Origin: Lingula anatina
Lineage: Eukaryota; Animalia; Brachiopoda
Direction: 5' to 3'
NCBI GenBank assembly: GCA_051362555.1
Contig: CM120640.1
Coordinates: 1,488,001 to 1,552,000 of the forward strand
Length of the DNA: 64,000 nucleotides
A program made the position numbers and the translations under genes. Below, in pieces: positions 11,301 to 26,239 of this stretch. Positions within the stretch are counted from its first letter, which is position 1, and each line of letters begins with the position of its first letter. The notes below the pieces were generated by a model, which saw only the letters and a program-made list of their open reading frames with translations, did not search any database and was not told the DNA's origin.

Positions 11301-13049
11301 ATTTCACTTAAATTACTTTACCTTGAATTTCTGTATCACAACAACATATACAACATAAAACATCCCCAACTTTTCTCAGATCTACCTGACATCATCTGTG
11401 TCAATAATTTATCATTATAACAATCCCATTCACAGCAGATCAAATAAAAAGTCTTCAAGAATTACTTCAAACATAAATATATGTCTTTTCCCCTGGGTAG
11501 GTACCAATTCTGTCCTAGCTGTCCTCAGAACTGGGTATGTTTAGATGGTCAGTATTAACAGGTGTGCTTGTACTGACACCAGTTATTGATTATTTTTCAA
11601 GAACAGAAAGGGGGCGGAGAGCTGGGTCAGAACCTTGACCAAAACTAAAGGGAGGGGGTAATGAAGGCAGACTCAACTACCCACTTTCAAGACTGCACCA
11701 AAACTTAAGTTCCCCTATACCCTTTATCGTAACTACGCCTTAGTTCAACAACATAGGCTGAGGACAAAAAAACTTATGAAAACATCGGGGTCATCTGTAC
11801 TTTGGCAAAGGGCTGTGTGGATTCTATACCAACAAAGGCAACAACCTATATCTCACTCTCCCATTAATAAAATCTTTCCAAGTAAAAGGGCCAACACTGC
11901 CTATTAGAGGAAATATAATATCTTATTAAAATACCTACTTCTTTATTTATGATGAAAACCATAAGCTACAAGTTTATCATTAAAGAATTATACATATAAA
12001 AATACAGAAATCATTCTAATCTAGAAAATAACTTCACAGACGATTCAACAGCTGCCTAGACAAAAAGTTTTAGCCTAAGTATTAGACATAGAAAAAGGAC
12101 CGTTTTTTTACCTGAAATAATTCACAAGGAAGAATCTCACGGGTAAAGAGGTAGCCTCTCTGTTTGAGCCCTAACCTTAGTTAAAGTATCAAAGCTTAGT
12201 ATTATTTATGAGACAGGTGGTTGGAAGTCCAATTAAAGTGACTAGTTCTTGGGTCAGTCAGTTTCTTGTTTTTTTTCCTGAGAGAGAAAAGTGACCGATA
12301 AAAGTAAAACATAAATTTGTGCTTTAAATTTAATCTGTCAGTAAGTGTCCATGTGTAAAACAAACCTCTACTTACATGGCAAGTCAGGGCCAAATGTGCC
12401 TAGGATCTTCAATTACCCCAAACTTAAAATAATGTAACAATTAAAGCTCTACAGACCTAGAACACAATGGACAGACTCGGGTATGTTGATCATATAAAGA
12501 GGATCCCATTTTAGCTCAACTTAATTTTACTTTGTAAATATTTCTACTGTTCACAGATGTACTACTGCAGTACTAATGCCCACATAGGGTCCACATTTTA
12601 GGTTAAAAAGGCCAAAAGTAACTGGGCATATTTTAACTCTAAAAGTGGAACCAGTCGGATATGTATTCAGAACTGTAAAGGATGGATCTGACAAAATATC
12701 AAACCAATTAGACAATAATAAACTTATCTTCGTGAGGAAAATCTGGGAACACCATATATAAAAATGATGATAGTGATCAGTACTATCTGGAAAAGAACAC
12801 CATAAATCAATAAGAGAAAAAAACACAGTTATGCCTGTTTAATTCAACTGCAAACACTTCAATTCAAGCTTGTAGTAGGGATGTATTGGGTGGATAACAA
12901 ACAAAACAACGTTAAATCTTAATTTCCCAAAAATTCTCCACTCTTATCAAACAAAATGGCACTTCATACTACAAAATGATATCTTATTTATCACCCCATG
13001 GCTGTTACAAAAGCAACATATTCAAAGAATTTATGTGCCAAAGGCAATA

Positions 13050-13224
13050 CTGGGGTAGCGCTAACACTCGACAATTTAGCCAAATGCTAAAACTGACTTA
13101 AGTTGGCTAAACAAAAAATGGTTGATTTGACTTGTTTAAACCATTTAAACCATTTGGAAAAAAAAATTGGCGTTGAAAAAGTAGCGATTTGGCTATGAGA
13201 AAAAAATTGCCAGTGCTAACCCAG
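13050..13224. mobile_element. Possible small non-autonomous DNA transposon downstream of the PPM1E stop
   Basis: Ends ctggggtagcgct...agtgctaacccag are imperfect inverted repeats, flanked on both sides by the direct repeat caata. Confidence 0.4.
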
Positions 13225-13355
13225 CAATACCATAATGCTGCAAAGAGTGGCCTTTCATTGAAGTCTTACAGATATTTTTCGGTAATCAAAACCTAAATTG
13301 AGTGTTTTACTCCACCAATTAAAAAACTTCCACTACTATATATACAACCCTTGTT

Positions 13356-16300
13356 TTAAGATATAGAGGGGTGTTTGCCTGGTAGAAGATTCACACTCAC
13401 AGTCCTGGGGCTACAGTTTGGGGGGAGGGTCCCAGCTGGATTAAGTCCAACCTTTTTATTTGGTAATAATGAAGATGTCTTCCCTGTTTTAGAAAGTTTT
13501 TTGCTTTCCAGCCCCCCAGCAGTAGAACCGTTATCCGCTTGTTGATCAGAGTGTAAAAAGCGTGGGGAAGATGAAGATAAAGAAGAGGAGCTGACTTTAT
13601 GTCCTGTGGTAGATGGCGCTAGATGCGCAGGAGGAGATTTCAAAGATTTTGAACCTCTGGGTTGCTTAATGTCACCAGGATTGATCTTTCTAGAAACTGA
13701 AGAAGCACCTGTGGATGACGATAATGATGATGTTGTTGAGGAGATTGGTGATGACACTGAACACTGAGAGTGATGGATTCCAAACTTTTCCTTCTTCTGC
13801 TGTAGATTTGACTGTTTCCCATTCTTGGACATGTCCTTCGAATCTGTTGTCCCCCCAGAACTATGACTGCCAGGTCCTCCAAAATTCACCTGCAATGGGA
13901 TGTCTTTCTTGTTATCTTTGCCTCTATCATCTGACGGCTTCTTATCATTAATGTCATTTTTCTTCTTGCCATTGTTGCCGGACTCTTCCTCATCTATTTC
14001 ATCATCCACATATTCAACCTTGGGTGTGCCTACAGTGTCTCTTAGAAACACCACAATCACAGAGATATTGTCACTTGAGCCCCGCGTCTTGGCCTCCTTC
14101 ACTAATGCCTCGGCTATGTTGTCCCGAGTTCCCTTGTTGGTGTCAAAGTGTTCATAGATTAAGTTGACCAGATCGTTGTACGGGATGGTGTCCCACATGC
14201 CGTCGCAGGCCAGGATGATGTAATCTTCTGTCCCGTCCAACTGGACAGTGGACACGTCAGGCTCTCCGCTCACGTATGGCTTGTGGTCAGCATCACCTGG
14301 AAGAAATTTATCGTAAAATTAATATCTTGTTGGACATAAGTTATTTATGTCTGTCCACTTAGAGAGAGCTTGTGGTCAGCATCACCTGGAATCAAATCAT
14401 ATATCAATGAATATAAATATAAATCTGGGCAGTGGTCACAACTGGCCGTTCACAAGTCAGCATTTTCCATAATCAAATAATTCATCAGTAAAATATAACT
14501 CAAATAAAGCTTTTTTCCCTAAGTAAGCTAAAACATCTCATTAAAACCTGTACCCACAAACCTGTAATGGAAGGGAGAAAAAACAGAGACAAAACACAAA
14601 ATAATCATGATTCCAATTAGTTATCAAGCTTAACTTTAGCAATAAGGAGCAGAAAATCCTAGTGCTAATAAATTAAAACTACACTTGAGTGCCTCATTAA
14701 AAACAGTCCATAAAAAGTAAAAGGAAGACTTAGTAAATTAAAGCTGATGAAGTATTACCTATTGCCCTGGACACAGAGAGAGCACCATTGACCCTCCAGG
14801 CCCCAAACCATATCACACAGCCCCCCAGACCTTCTATCCTCTTCCTCTCATCCTGATAAATAAAAACAAGAAAACCATATCAAACAGCCACCCAGACCTT
14901 CTATTCTCTTCCTCTCATCCTGATAAAAAACAAAAATACAAAAAATTTTCAGAGAGAAATGTTAAAACTACAATTTAACGCAATTTATATAATCTTCACT
15001 GACACCATTATCTGATTTTGTTGATAATATCTCAGATATTCTTTCAAACTCAAGTCAACAGAAGACAACTCTTACATGATAAACCAGATAAATGTATTTA
15101 AAAAGTTTTTTCACCAGCCAAATCAAACATAAAGCTTCACCTCTCTCTCTGGTTTATGTGGTTTCATCAGCTGTATGGGAGTGCCGTCTCTAACTAGCAG
15201 TGCCTGGGAGTCCCCTAGCCAGGCCGTGTGGAGTTTGTTCCCCCTCATTAACACCGACACACCTGTAGAACCACTGTTTAATTTCTGCAATAGGAGAATA
15301 TTCCAAAAAAAATATACTTTACAAGTGCAGGAGATAAACGTAAAATAGTTTTAACTTTTAAATTCATTTATAGTTTAAATACAAAGTTTACTCCACTTTA
15401 AATATTCTTTACATATCAGTGCAGTAATGATTATCCACAGAAATCTACACAGAAAAAAGTTACCCCAAATGTTTTAAGGCAGTTATTTACATGATAGTTT
15501 GATAACTTTATCACAAATATTAAGTGCAACAAATTTAAATGGTAACAATTTATCACAAATATTCAGTGCATTAAATTTACATGGCAACGGCTTATTACAA
15601 ATAGTTCAACTTGCAACAAATAATTATCACACCAGTTCACCTCTCTGTTAGATCTTGCCACAAAGCCCTCATCTGTGGCTATATAACCCTCCTTCATGGC
15701 TGTCTCCATGTCTTCAGGGAAGGCTGGGTGCTGGATGATGTTCAGGTGAACATGTGCAGCAGCGTACGCAGCAGCGTCTGTGCCGCCGTGACCATCAAAC
15801 ACTGCATAGTAGGACTGTGGTGGATGACCCTTTAAATCATAAAACACATACAACATGTAGCACCTTGCCTTGGACATAGTTCTAGTCGAAAACCAAGGCC
15901 CCATTCAGAACAGGGGACTTATTAATCCGAGGGTCAAATATGGCGACACACTACACAGCTTGCCATCTAATCCGCTAATAGACACTAAATAGATATCCCG
16001 TTGGGAAGTATTCAAGTGGGTCAGCCATATTTGACCCTCGGACTACTTGGTCTCCTATTCTGTATGGGGCCCAAGTTACTTCTACAACATGAGCTGTAGG
16101 TACAATAAGCAAACAAGGGAGCATTTCTCCCATTTAAATATTGTGTTTTTCCCAAACTGCATTTATTCATGACAATTTTGTTAAATTTGTCATACAAGAA
16201 CTAAGGCCGCTTTCACATCGAGTTGAGCCATGGCTCTACAAAGCCACGACCTAAATATGACGGACGTACATGAAAAGAAAACCGCCTAATCTTTTAATAG

Positions 16301-18721
16301 TCTCCCCGCCTCTCACACGCCTCCCCATGCGTCGTCCCTGCGGGGTACAGTCATTAAATCTCGGCTCCATTGGGACGATGCATGGTGAGGCGTGTGAGAG
16401 GCAGAGAGACTTAAAAAATTAGGCTGTTTTCTTTTCATGTACTTCCGCCATATTTAGGTCGTGGCTTTGTAGAGCCATGGCTCAACTCGATGTGAATGCG
16501 GCCTAAGTAAATTTTGTTTATCTCCTGCCTCAGCAGCTCCATGAAGTGGATACAGAGAGAATGTGGATTACTGGAACAAAACTCTTCATCTCCCAGAAAC
16601 AATTTCTCAAAGAATTTTGCAAATCTCTTAACTATCATTCCTTTACAAAGAGGAAAATCGCTTTTGAAGAGAGGAAATTCTCCAATCATACAACCCCACC
16701 TCTCCTTTTTTTTGGTTTTGCATGCAGATTATTCAAAATGAAATTGGATATCTATCACAGAATCCGATTGTCTCTGCCTCAGTGACTTAATCTTAATGTA
16801 AAAACGAATAAATTACACCATGCATAAAGACGCTAATACAATTCAGCTTCTTCTAACTTATTAAAAGACTGATAACAAAAAATCCATCATCAAATCTAAA
16901 TTGAGTTGAAGTTAATTTCCAATGCTAATACATATGCTTTGGATTTGGCAAAGTATCAGCTGGATAAATATCTAACAGCTGGAATCACATATATGTAATG
17001 AAAGTTTAATTACCAACTGGAAATTAATATATAAATAGATAAGCTCTGGGTTCAAAAAGTAATAGCTAAAGAAAATGACATGTGAGTTCATAGATATTGA
17101 TATGTAATATGATAACAGCTGCAATGAAGTTGGCGTGTTGAGAGGTAGTGCATCTTTCAACACATAAATACCTCATCACCTACTGGGGTACACTTTTCAT
17201 TATCACTTAATAATCTTAAAATTATTAGATATCTAGTTGAAATATGATGTGCACAAAAAATTCTTCTGAAAGCAATTAAAATATCTTCCCTTGGTTTTTT
17301 ATAAGTCTGTTGCTATAATTATGATAATGTTTATTTATAACTTTTTGATTTATTACTCCATAAAATTGCCTTGAGTCCAAAAAGAAAGTTCAAATCATAA
17401 AATGCCTTTAAAGATGGCCAAATCTTAGAAGGTAATGCCAGTTACTAAGTTCTGAACATCGTCAGTCCATACAAATACATACAAATATATACAAATGCAG
17501 GCTAAACATTTAAATTGAGAATCACTTACATTAACTGGTGATAAACAGATCCAACTTAAGGCTCTTTGTCCAAAGTTCTATATTTTTTACCTTGAGTTTA
17601 AACAGAGAGTTCAAATCATCGATGATCACGTGTCTGTCTTCCATCTTCCTGCGCGTGTTCTTGATGGTGTGTACAGAGATGGAGTGGTGCACGCTGGGAG
17701 TGGGGAGTTCTGGGATACCATGTGTTAGCCACTGGTTACACATTTCGTCCACTTTATTAAACAACTCACGGCCAAATGAGTTAGCATCTAATCCTAGGGG
17801 ATGAAGAAATTTTACTCTGGTTAATAGGATTTACTGAATCTTAAATCAAAACCACTTGTGATTAAAATTAATCTACATTCAAAGAATAGACTATCAAGTT
17901 AGCATGATAAAATTTCAGCGCTCCTTTATCCTGCCTTAGAATGAGATAAACATTCATCTGATCAAGGTAAAGTAATTCACAGTGATCAATATGCAGATAA
18001 ACCACAGCAATGGCAGCTGACAACAGTGTAATGGAATCTGGTATCACCTGCAGCAGAAAAACCAGCCTCTTCTAGGAAAGAGAGAGAAAACTGCCCATTG
18101 ATTAAAACCAATAAGTTTTAGATATATACTGAACTAAAATGTAAATGTACACAGAAAAGAAGAATGATTTATTTTTATGTAATTGTTTACAATGTAAGGC
18201 CAGCAATAACAGCATATATTCCTTTACAACTGAGCTTTAATTTGTGGGCATTACAGTGAATATGGAATCAATAATCCCAGAGCAATGACATCAAGTACAC
18301 AGGAGAGGGGGGGGGGCGCAATGGTCTGAGTTCACAGAGGTCAGTAAATCGAGTACGTCCACTACCCCATTGGGTGGAAACATTCACCCTGGGTGTCTAC
18401 TCACTGGCAGTTCCAGACATAGGGAAATTGCTGGTCTGACGGGTCCTGACTGCCTGAAAAGCCAGAGGTCCTGCATGATTTTTTTTTTTTTTTTTTTTTT
18501 TTTGATGCAGGTCCTCTGGACTGGCAACGTTTACGTGGAAATACAAAATTACATAAAAATGAATCATGCCTAAATATCATCAAAGGCACCAGCTGCATTA
18601 CCTCCAAAGCTTTCCCCATGTCTATGGAAGTGGCCAAATCCAACAGATCCAGTTGGTTTGAGCAATACAAACTAATCAATACAGAACTAATACATAAATA
18701 TCAGCACCTTTCATGTCAGTC

Positions 18722-18797
<76 letters not shown>

Positions 18798-21700
18798 CTC
18801 AACAGTTTAGGTTCATGTGGTTACATTTTGCATGATGAATACAAAGCCAAATCAGTGTTCACACATATGTAAAATTTTGTCAACTGTTTAATCATTTAGC
18901 TTGGTTATGGAACATAATTTTTCAATTTGTTGGTTTTAACTCAAAAATTTTTTTCAAGACTGAAAGTTTTTCACCTGCCTAGACTGATGCTCAATCCTAA
19001 TCAGTTAACAATCAGCAAAATGAACAGAAAAAGAATCGTCTGCTAACCTGCACAGCAATATGAATTGGCTTTCTAATTTCATTACTTGACTATATAAGAT
19101 ATCACTTTTAATGAACATGGTCAAGACAAAGGGCATCTTAGGGTCAATGATCATTGCAATATCTCTGCCAGGGTTTCAATAAATATGATATCTTAGATAA
19201 GATGAAGTGGGAAGTGGACTGTAAAACCAGGATTTTTTGCTGAGCTTTAAAATTACTTTTTTTTTATTCAAGTGTCATTTAATTTTTTGCCTACTGAATG
19301 AATTATACGTTTTGACATTTGAAGTTGTCCAACCATTTTCTTTTTTAGCGTTCTTTTTATTCTTGTCATGAAATAAAATGAATGACGCACAAATATTTCT
19401 GGGTTGACAGTACGCATGTCTTGGTCGACTTGAATACGTTTATATGATATACAATACATCCCCGCTTTCATGTACTATTTTGAAAATGATTTGAAATGTT
19501 GTCTTAGACAAAAATTTACTCAAATGAAAAATCAGGAAATTAATTTCATACAAGATTCATGTTCTACATTCTATTACTAGGTGAGAAATTGTGAAGTATT
19601 ATGTGCACAATACTGATACAAAATGATGAGCTCTGAAACCCAAATGTCACATGTACTTTCTTTTGACAAGTACAAGAAAAACTTGATTTGACAGAAGAAA
19701 ATGTGAACATCCTTACACTTTTCAGAAACTGTCAGTGTTTTTAACTCCAAGTTAAGAAATTAGTCTCATCAGTATTCCTGCCAAATTTGACAAATACATG
19801 ATTTTAAAAAATAAGGTAAAATCCTGTCCATAAGGTATAGGAAACCAAAGAATAGCCCATTAATGAAATTGTTCTGGCTGACATCTCTCAGGTTTCTGCC
19901 CAAAGACCAGAAGCAGCAAGAGCTGGTCCACGAAGCCTGTATAACATGGACACCTGGCGACTAGCACTCACATCTCAGCCCCAGGTGTTTCATCTGCTGG
20001 GCAGTCAGTCAGGACCAAGAGGAAATCACACAGAAAGATTCCTTGCCATCATAAAATGTCAACATTACATTGATACGACAAAAACTGCACTTTCATTTGC
20101 ACTTGAATAACCAAACGGAAAATTGGACCATTTGGCTTATCTACGCCACACTGGTACTGTAATGAAGAATTATGCAGTGAACATGTATGTATGTACGTAT
20201 GTGTGGAGAAGGAAAGTAGGCTACAGACCCAACAAGGACCATAAAGCCAATACCACTGCAGTTTTGCTGTGGAGATAATTTTGGCAGACACACACACACC
20301 AAATATGGATTAAACAACAAATTATGCCTCCTCTTCAATGCCTTATTAACAGGCTTGTCTAAAATGTTTCATTTACCTGAAAAGGCTTTGAAGTTGTGGT
20401 GTGCATATTTAAAAAGATCTATCACTGGCTTTAAAAATAGTATTTGCATCTACCTGTAAGGAATGCTATATTTTTCAATAAAATAAAATAATAATAATAA
20501 TAATGAATAAATGAAAAAAATATAACAATAATAATCAGAAAAGAGTAGATCGAAATTGCATAATTACAAAATGCAGAATTATTCATGCAACCCTACAGTT
20601 GTGTGAGCCAAGTACAGAAATGCAATCTTTAAAGTTAATGCATCTTTACCACAAATTTAGAAATCAATGAAGTGCGGCTTTGTAAGCACTAGCCTAGGGA
20701 AATTTTTCCACAAAATTTCAGCATGAAACACCTAACCTGAGTCAAATCAATCTGTGCAAATGCTGTAGATTCATGCTTAAAATATGCACATTTTATAAAT
20801 TTTGTTGACCAGTAGAAGAAAAAGTGCATAGTGTGTATGCATATGTGTGTAAAAGGAGAAAAGAGGATAGATGGTCGGGGTAGAGGACGGGGAGGGGAGG
20901 GGGGCAGGGGAGGGGGGGGCAGGGGAGAGAGAAAGGTCCCTTTTCACTCTGAGGAGAAGTACATAGCATTAAATGGATTATAAATCTTAGCTCCGAGGTT
21001 TAATTGCTCAGCTCCTGCAGAAATGGCATGTGGAGGCAGGGAGACCTTCAGGGGATTAGATGGCTTGCTTTTAAGTGGATTGGCCATATCTGATCTGCAG
21101 ATCTGTTAGTCTGTAGATCAGCTTATTCTGAATGTGATCAGTGTCATTTAATTTTTTGCTTTTTGTGAAATGGAGTAAAACTGAAGCTTTAATTTCATGT
21201 TAGGACCTCTGCAAGGGTATTAATATATATATACAGACTGTATGGCTAGGGTAGGCCAGGATATAACAGGGGCCAGAGAGTGCAGGGTTAATGTGAGCAT
21301 ATAACAGTACATGAGGCCTACGCTCAAAGTCAACTATCAGATTAAGGCCAGGAAAGGCTCCTAAAATTACACAGTCCAGTACATAAAATGCTGCTTTACC
21401 CTGACCAATTCATTTAATCAAACTATATTGATTTTACTCTTGAAATTTTTTATCTCAACCTAAAATCTCAGCAAACTGGCAAGCAAAAGTCAATGTCATC
21501 GAGGCACTTATGCATAAATTATGCAAATGAAAGTACAGCTTACATGTAACGTGATGGACTAATGAAAAGCAGTTGCATTTTAATGAGCTTTCACACATAA
21601 AGGAATAAAAACACCGAATCAATGCCAACAAACCAGAGAAATCAGGCACACTTTTCATTAAGAACCAGGCAAAGTAAAAAAGGTCCAAAAATTTTAATAT

Positions 21701-24700
21701 ATCTTCCCTGCTATCAAAGCACATAATAAATGTTTGAAAATGACAAAGTACCAGTACCTTACGTAAGGCATAAATACATCATTACTAATACAATGGCTAC
21801 CTTTATACCCTCACAGTCAGATACCATTAGAGTCTTGAATGTGAACCGCCTGTGTTGGCATCCTATAAACTTTGATAGGCTGTCTGTATATTACTGCTGG
21901 TACTGTTGACAGACATTTCAACTGATAAAATGGAATATAAAATATACGAGATAGAGACATAGAGTGAGAGAGAAGCTTAAAGAGAACTGAGAAATCTTCA
22001 GGCAGTTAGTACCAAGTTCTATTCTCTCCTCAGATCAGTAGTTTCACCTGGCCCCCATGTGGAGAGTAACACTGATCTCCACATTTACACGCCCACAACT
22101 TACGCTGTATCTCGTCCTCGCTGCTTTCACTGTGGATGTGTGATAGGTCACTTTTCACCATCTTGACGGCCACCGCGTGGGCAATAGCATATGCCAAGAG
22201 AGTAGGACATTTCCTGGAAAAAATGAACATATTGAATCACACTTCATTTGCTGCTGACAGCTCAAGCCAGAATACTAAATTGTGCTGAATATATCTGAAC
22301 ATATTCAAATTCAGCAAAAGAATATAACACACGGTTCAATTTTTCTATTACACATTTGGCTGAACACAAAGAACTGTATTTATTTGGTTAATATACATTT
22401 TACCATGTTTTCCATTGAATGTCAAATGGAAAATAAAGCATAGGAAGAAAGATTTCAGAAGTTGATAATTTTTCTGTAGTATTGACCAAAACAGAGATTT
22501 TGTAGGTTATGAGATTATGTCCCTATTTTAAGCACACAACCATTTATGGGGTGCATGCTTGATTTGCTAAATAAAGTTTGGATATTAACAGCAAGAATTT
22601 AAAACTCTGATTGGAAGGTTCTGAATTAAAATACAGCCACAAGAAATCCCTGGAGCATGTATCTTAGAAGCATATATCACAGGCAAGATTGAAATGCAAA
22701 CACAATCTCGCCTAGACTGATTTAAAATCTGCCTGACTTCCATCTTGTCAGCACCATATATGTATTCATTCCTGCAGCAAAATAAAAGTGTTCTAATGCC
22801 AGAGATTATGGGCACTTATCTTCATGCTTCCAATAGTGAATTAACTTCTTAATGCCAATTAATAAACAATTTTTCCTGGGAAACTCCCACAGCAAGACCT
22901 TAAAGGCAAGTCTTAGAGCTCATTAATACAGCGCAGTGACAGCACAGCTTTCTCTTAGGGAATCGGTGGGCATCTTGATTCCACACAGAATATCAGATAA
23001 AAAAGTGCAACACTCTTCAGTTTGCTAAATGGCAAATCAATATATCTGTTCAAGGAAACGATGTGCAATTTAACGAATATGAAAATTGTTCATTTCTTTA
23101 GATGTCCCCTGCACCTCTTTATCCACAGGAAATTAAAAGCATAATTGAAATATTGTGAGGCTTACTTGTACAAATCATAGAAGAGCATTCAATTCTCAGA
23201 CTGGTAGATTTTATTACGCTTAGGCTCCACTTCTGTGATTTCGTAGAACAAATTGTTGATTATATATGTGAACAAATTGGATTATTCCTTTATCTTTATC
23301 CGGAAAATCTTGTAATGGCTTCTTTGCTCAAAGCCGCAAGTGGAATTTCTGCTTATTGCTTAAATTTTCTACTTAAACAAAATAAAATTTAATTTTTACT
23401 TTACACAAATGTATCACTGATGTAGCAGTTTTAAAGCTGATTAATTAATTAATTTGCTGAAGCACATTATCTGATTGAGTCTTAATATTCCTTTTACATA
23501 TTTGTCAGGACTGATGCAAAATAAGCTAGTAACCATAGTGAAAGTTGACTGCATAACCTGGTAAAGGTGCCACTTCATTTTTTTTTTTTTTTTCTAAAGA
23601 TGCCTTACAGTCTACTTAAGCCAAAATGCTGTCAATCTTCACTGAGATACCATTTTAGGTTGTTTTAAATCATATTCACAAGTTATGTTTTTATGATGAC
23701 ATTCCCTGTCTAAGAACATCCAAGTTCTACATATACATATATCCATCACATCTGAAGTAACCAGTACATATCTGTCCCAAATACACCAGAGGTTGCTAGA
23801 AACTAATCTCTAGAGCTGGATACAGCAAATACAGTCATGACTGAATCTTTTCAATGGGAGAAATTGTGAACTTTTACAGATACTGCATTTTTTTAGTCCT
23901 AAATTCTTAAAATGAAAACATTCCATTGAGCAGTTGCAACAAAACTGAAAAGCAAGCTACCAATTAGTCTCATTCTAAGTTTTTCTATTAAAAAGTACCA
24001 TAAATGCTACACAGAAATACATTTTTTATTATTCTAAAATGTATCTGAAAACTTGATTATTTGTCCCCATTGAAAAGTCTGAGTCATTTCCGTAATAGAT
24101 GTTTCCAGCACTGGTTTCTGACAAAATCCGGCTTCAAATGTGTAGCATTAATAATAATTGCTTTAGTCAAACTTCAGCCCGTTCAATAAAATTCTGAAAT
24201 ATCATAATCAATGTCTACTTAATTGGATTTTGTTTATTGATTAATGCAGTATAAAAGCCATGCTCAATTCTGGCGTGTTCAACAGGGTGGTTATCCTGAA
24301 GTGCCCTATCATACAGACAAGTATGTCATATCAATAGACACTGCTTGATACAGAACAGACCTAAACTTGACACCTGTAATCTCATTATCAATACAGTCTG
24401 CTGTCTATGACAACACTCTATACAACAAAACTTAGAGAAAACTGTTGTAGTAACCCTCAAACCAGCAACCATTTCTATTTGGATATATACGTAAGGAAAT
24501 ATCAGTGAAATCAGGTCCATGCCCAGGGGAGTGGGGGGGGGGGGGGGGGGATGTTGAACAAAACCCCTTTTGGCTGGGAAAAGGTCCACCCTGTTTTTTT
24601 TTTTTTTTTTTTTTTTTTTAATGCTTAAAATTACCCTTGGCTGGGAAAAGGTCCACCCTGTTTTTTTTTTAATGCTTAAAATTACCCAAGTCCTTGGATG

Positions 24701-26114
24701 ATAAGCAAGATGACCCTATGAAGTCATAGGCTGTTTCAGACAGATGCACTCAATCAGGACAGTCGTTCTTAATTCAACAAGATGCAGTAGAAAGGAAAGT
24801 AACAGACAGTGAGAGAGGCTTCGACTGATAGATAATTAACTTTTAGCTTGCTTCAAAGATTCACCAACCATGTAAATAGGTTACATTACGTTTCCAAGAG
24901 GTCTGTGTTATTTTTGTCTTTGAATTACAAGGGTCTACCAACTTGAAAAGGTTTCAAAAAGGTTGCAGTCTTCTCAGTCATACCACTAATTGCTTTTTCT
25001 CACTTTTTATATTTCAGCTGCAATTTAGAGACTTGCATTGAAAGATTTTTTGTCTTACATCGAAACCCCTGAATAAAACAGCTACTAATAGAAACTGTGA
25101 CCTGCTGTAACACATGTACACGCACGCACACACGCACGCACACACGCAAGCACACACAGACACACACACACGTTCTGTTTCTTATGTAAGTATGTAGAAA
25201 AAAATGATTTTCAGACTATTAAAAACATTTTGCTTGAAAAACAAGCATCATGTCCTGTCCAATGAAATAAGCTCCCATAATCTATGCCCCTTATATTCCT
25301 GAAAATTTATGTCAATCTGATTTCAGAGAATTTGAAAACCTGGCCTTATGCTGTGCACATCATATATCAAGAATTTTTGGCAGGGCCAAACAATATGAAG
25401 AACATTTACCTTGGCAACTATATCAAAGGAAAATGCATATTGATATTGTAAATTCTTTATTGGGTTTAAACAAAACTGACAACAAGAAAAGCCCAGCTCT
25501 ACAAGGCACTCTTGTTTTACCCCTGAACTTCTTCCTGTACATCTCAGCTACAGACAGCCATAAACCATTCCAACTTTCTCTCATCACAAGCCTAAATGAT
25601 ATAAAAATCCCAAAAACAAATTTCCACACTCAAGGACTGATGCTGTATTTTTTTTCCTCTGTGGCAGTGTGAAGTGGCAGATGATGAAAAGACCTGGAGG
25701 GGATCAATACCAGATGAGAGCACTGTCAGGATGTTCAGTCCAGTTCAAGTACCCAGTTTCAATTTAGCTGCCGTACTGGAGTTTTTAAAGCTTCACCTGC
25801 CAGGGCACTGTGCTAAACTGAAGAAAATATGGATAGCTGGTCCATTCACCCAAATGTCTGAGCAGTACAAAGTTTTTGTAAAATCCATGCAGCTGATTTA
25901 CAAAAGCAAACAGTAATTCTTGATCTATAAATTTGAGTAAGAAAACATAGCATTTATTTCAGAATCAAGCCCACATATTAAAATCAGAATTTTAATCATC
26001 TTCAATCGGAAGTTTTTGTTTACAAACCTTGTATTAGTAAGGAGACAAGGACATATGCAGGTTAAATTTAAACTTGTGATTATGCAAACTGAAGGTTGGA
26101 TTTGACACACACGT

Positions 26115-26175
<61 letters not shown>

Positions 26176-26204
26176 TACACACAAACATACACAAAGGCAC
26201 CCAT

Positions 26205-26239
<35 letters not shown>

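Noticed and set aside
24563-24688. Short tandem duplication with poly-T
   Set aside because: Ordinary intronic slippage duplication with no splice or coding relevance seen.
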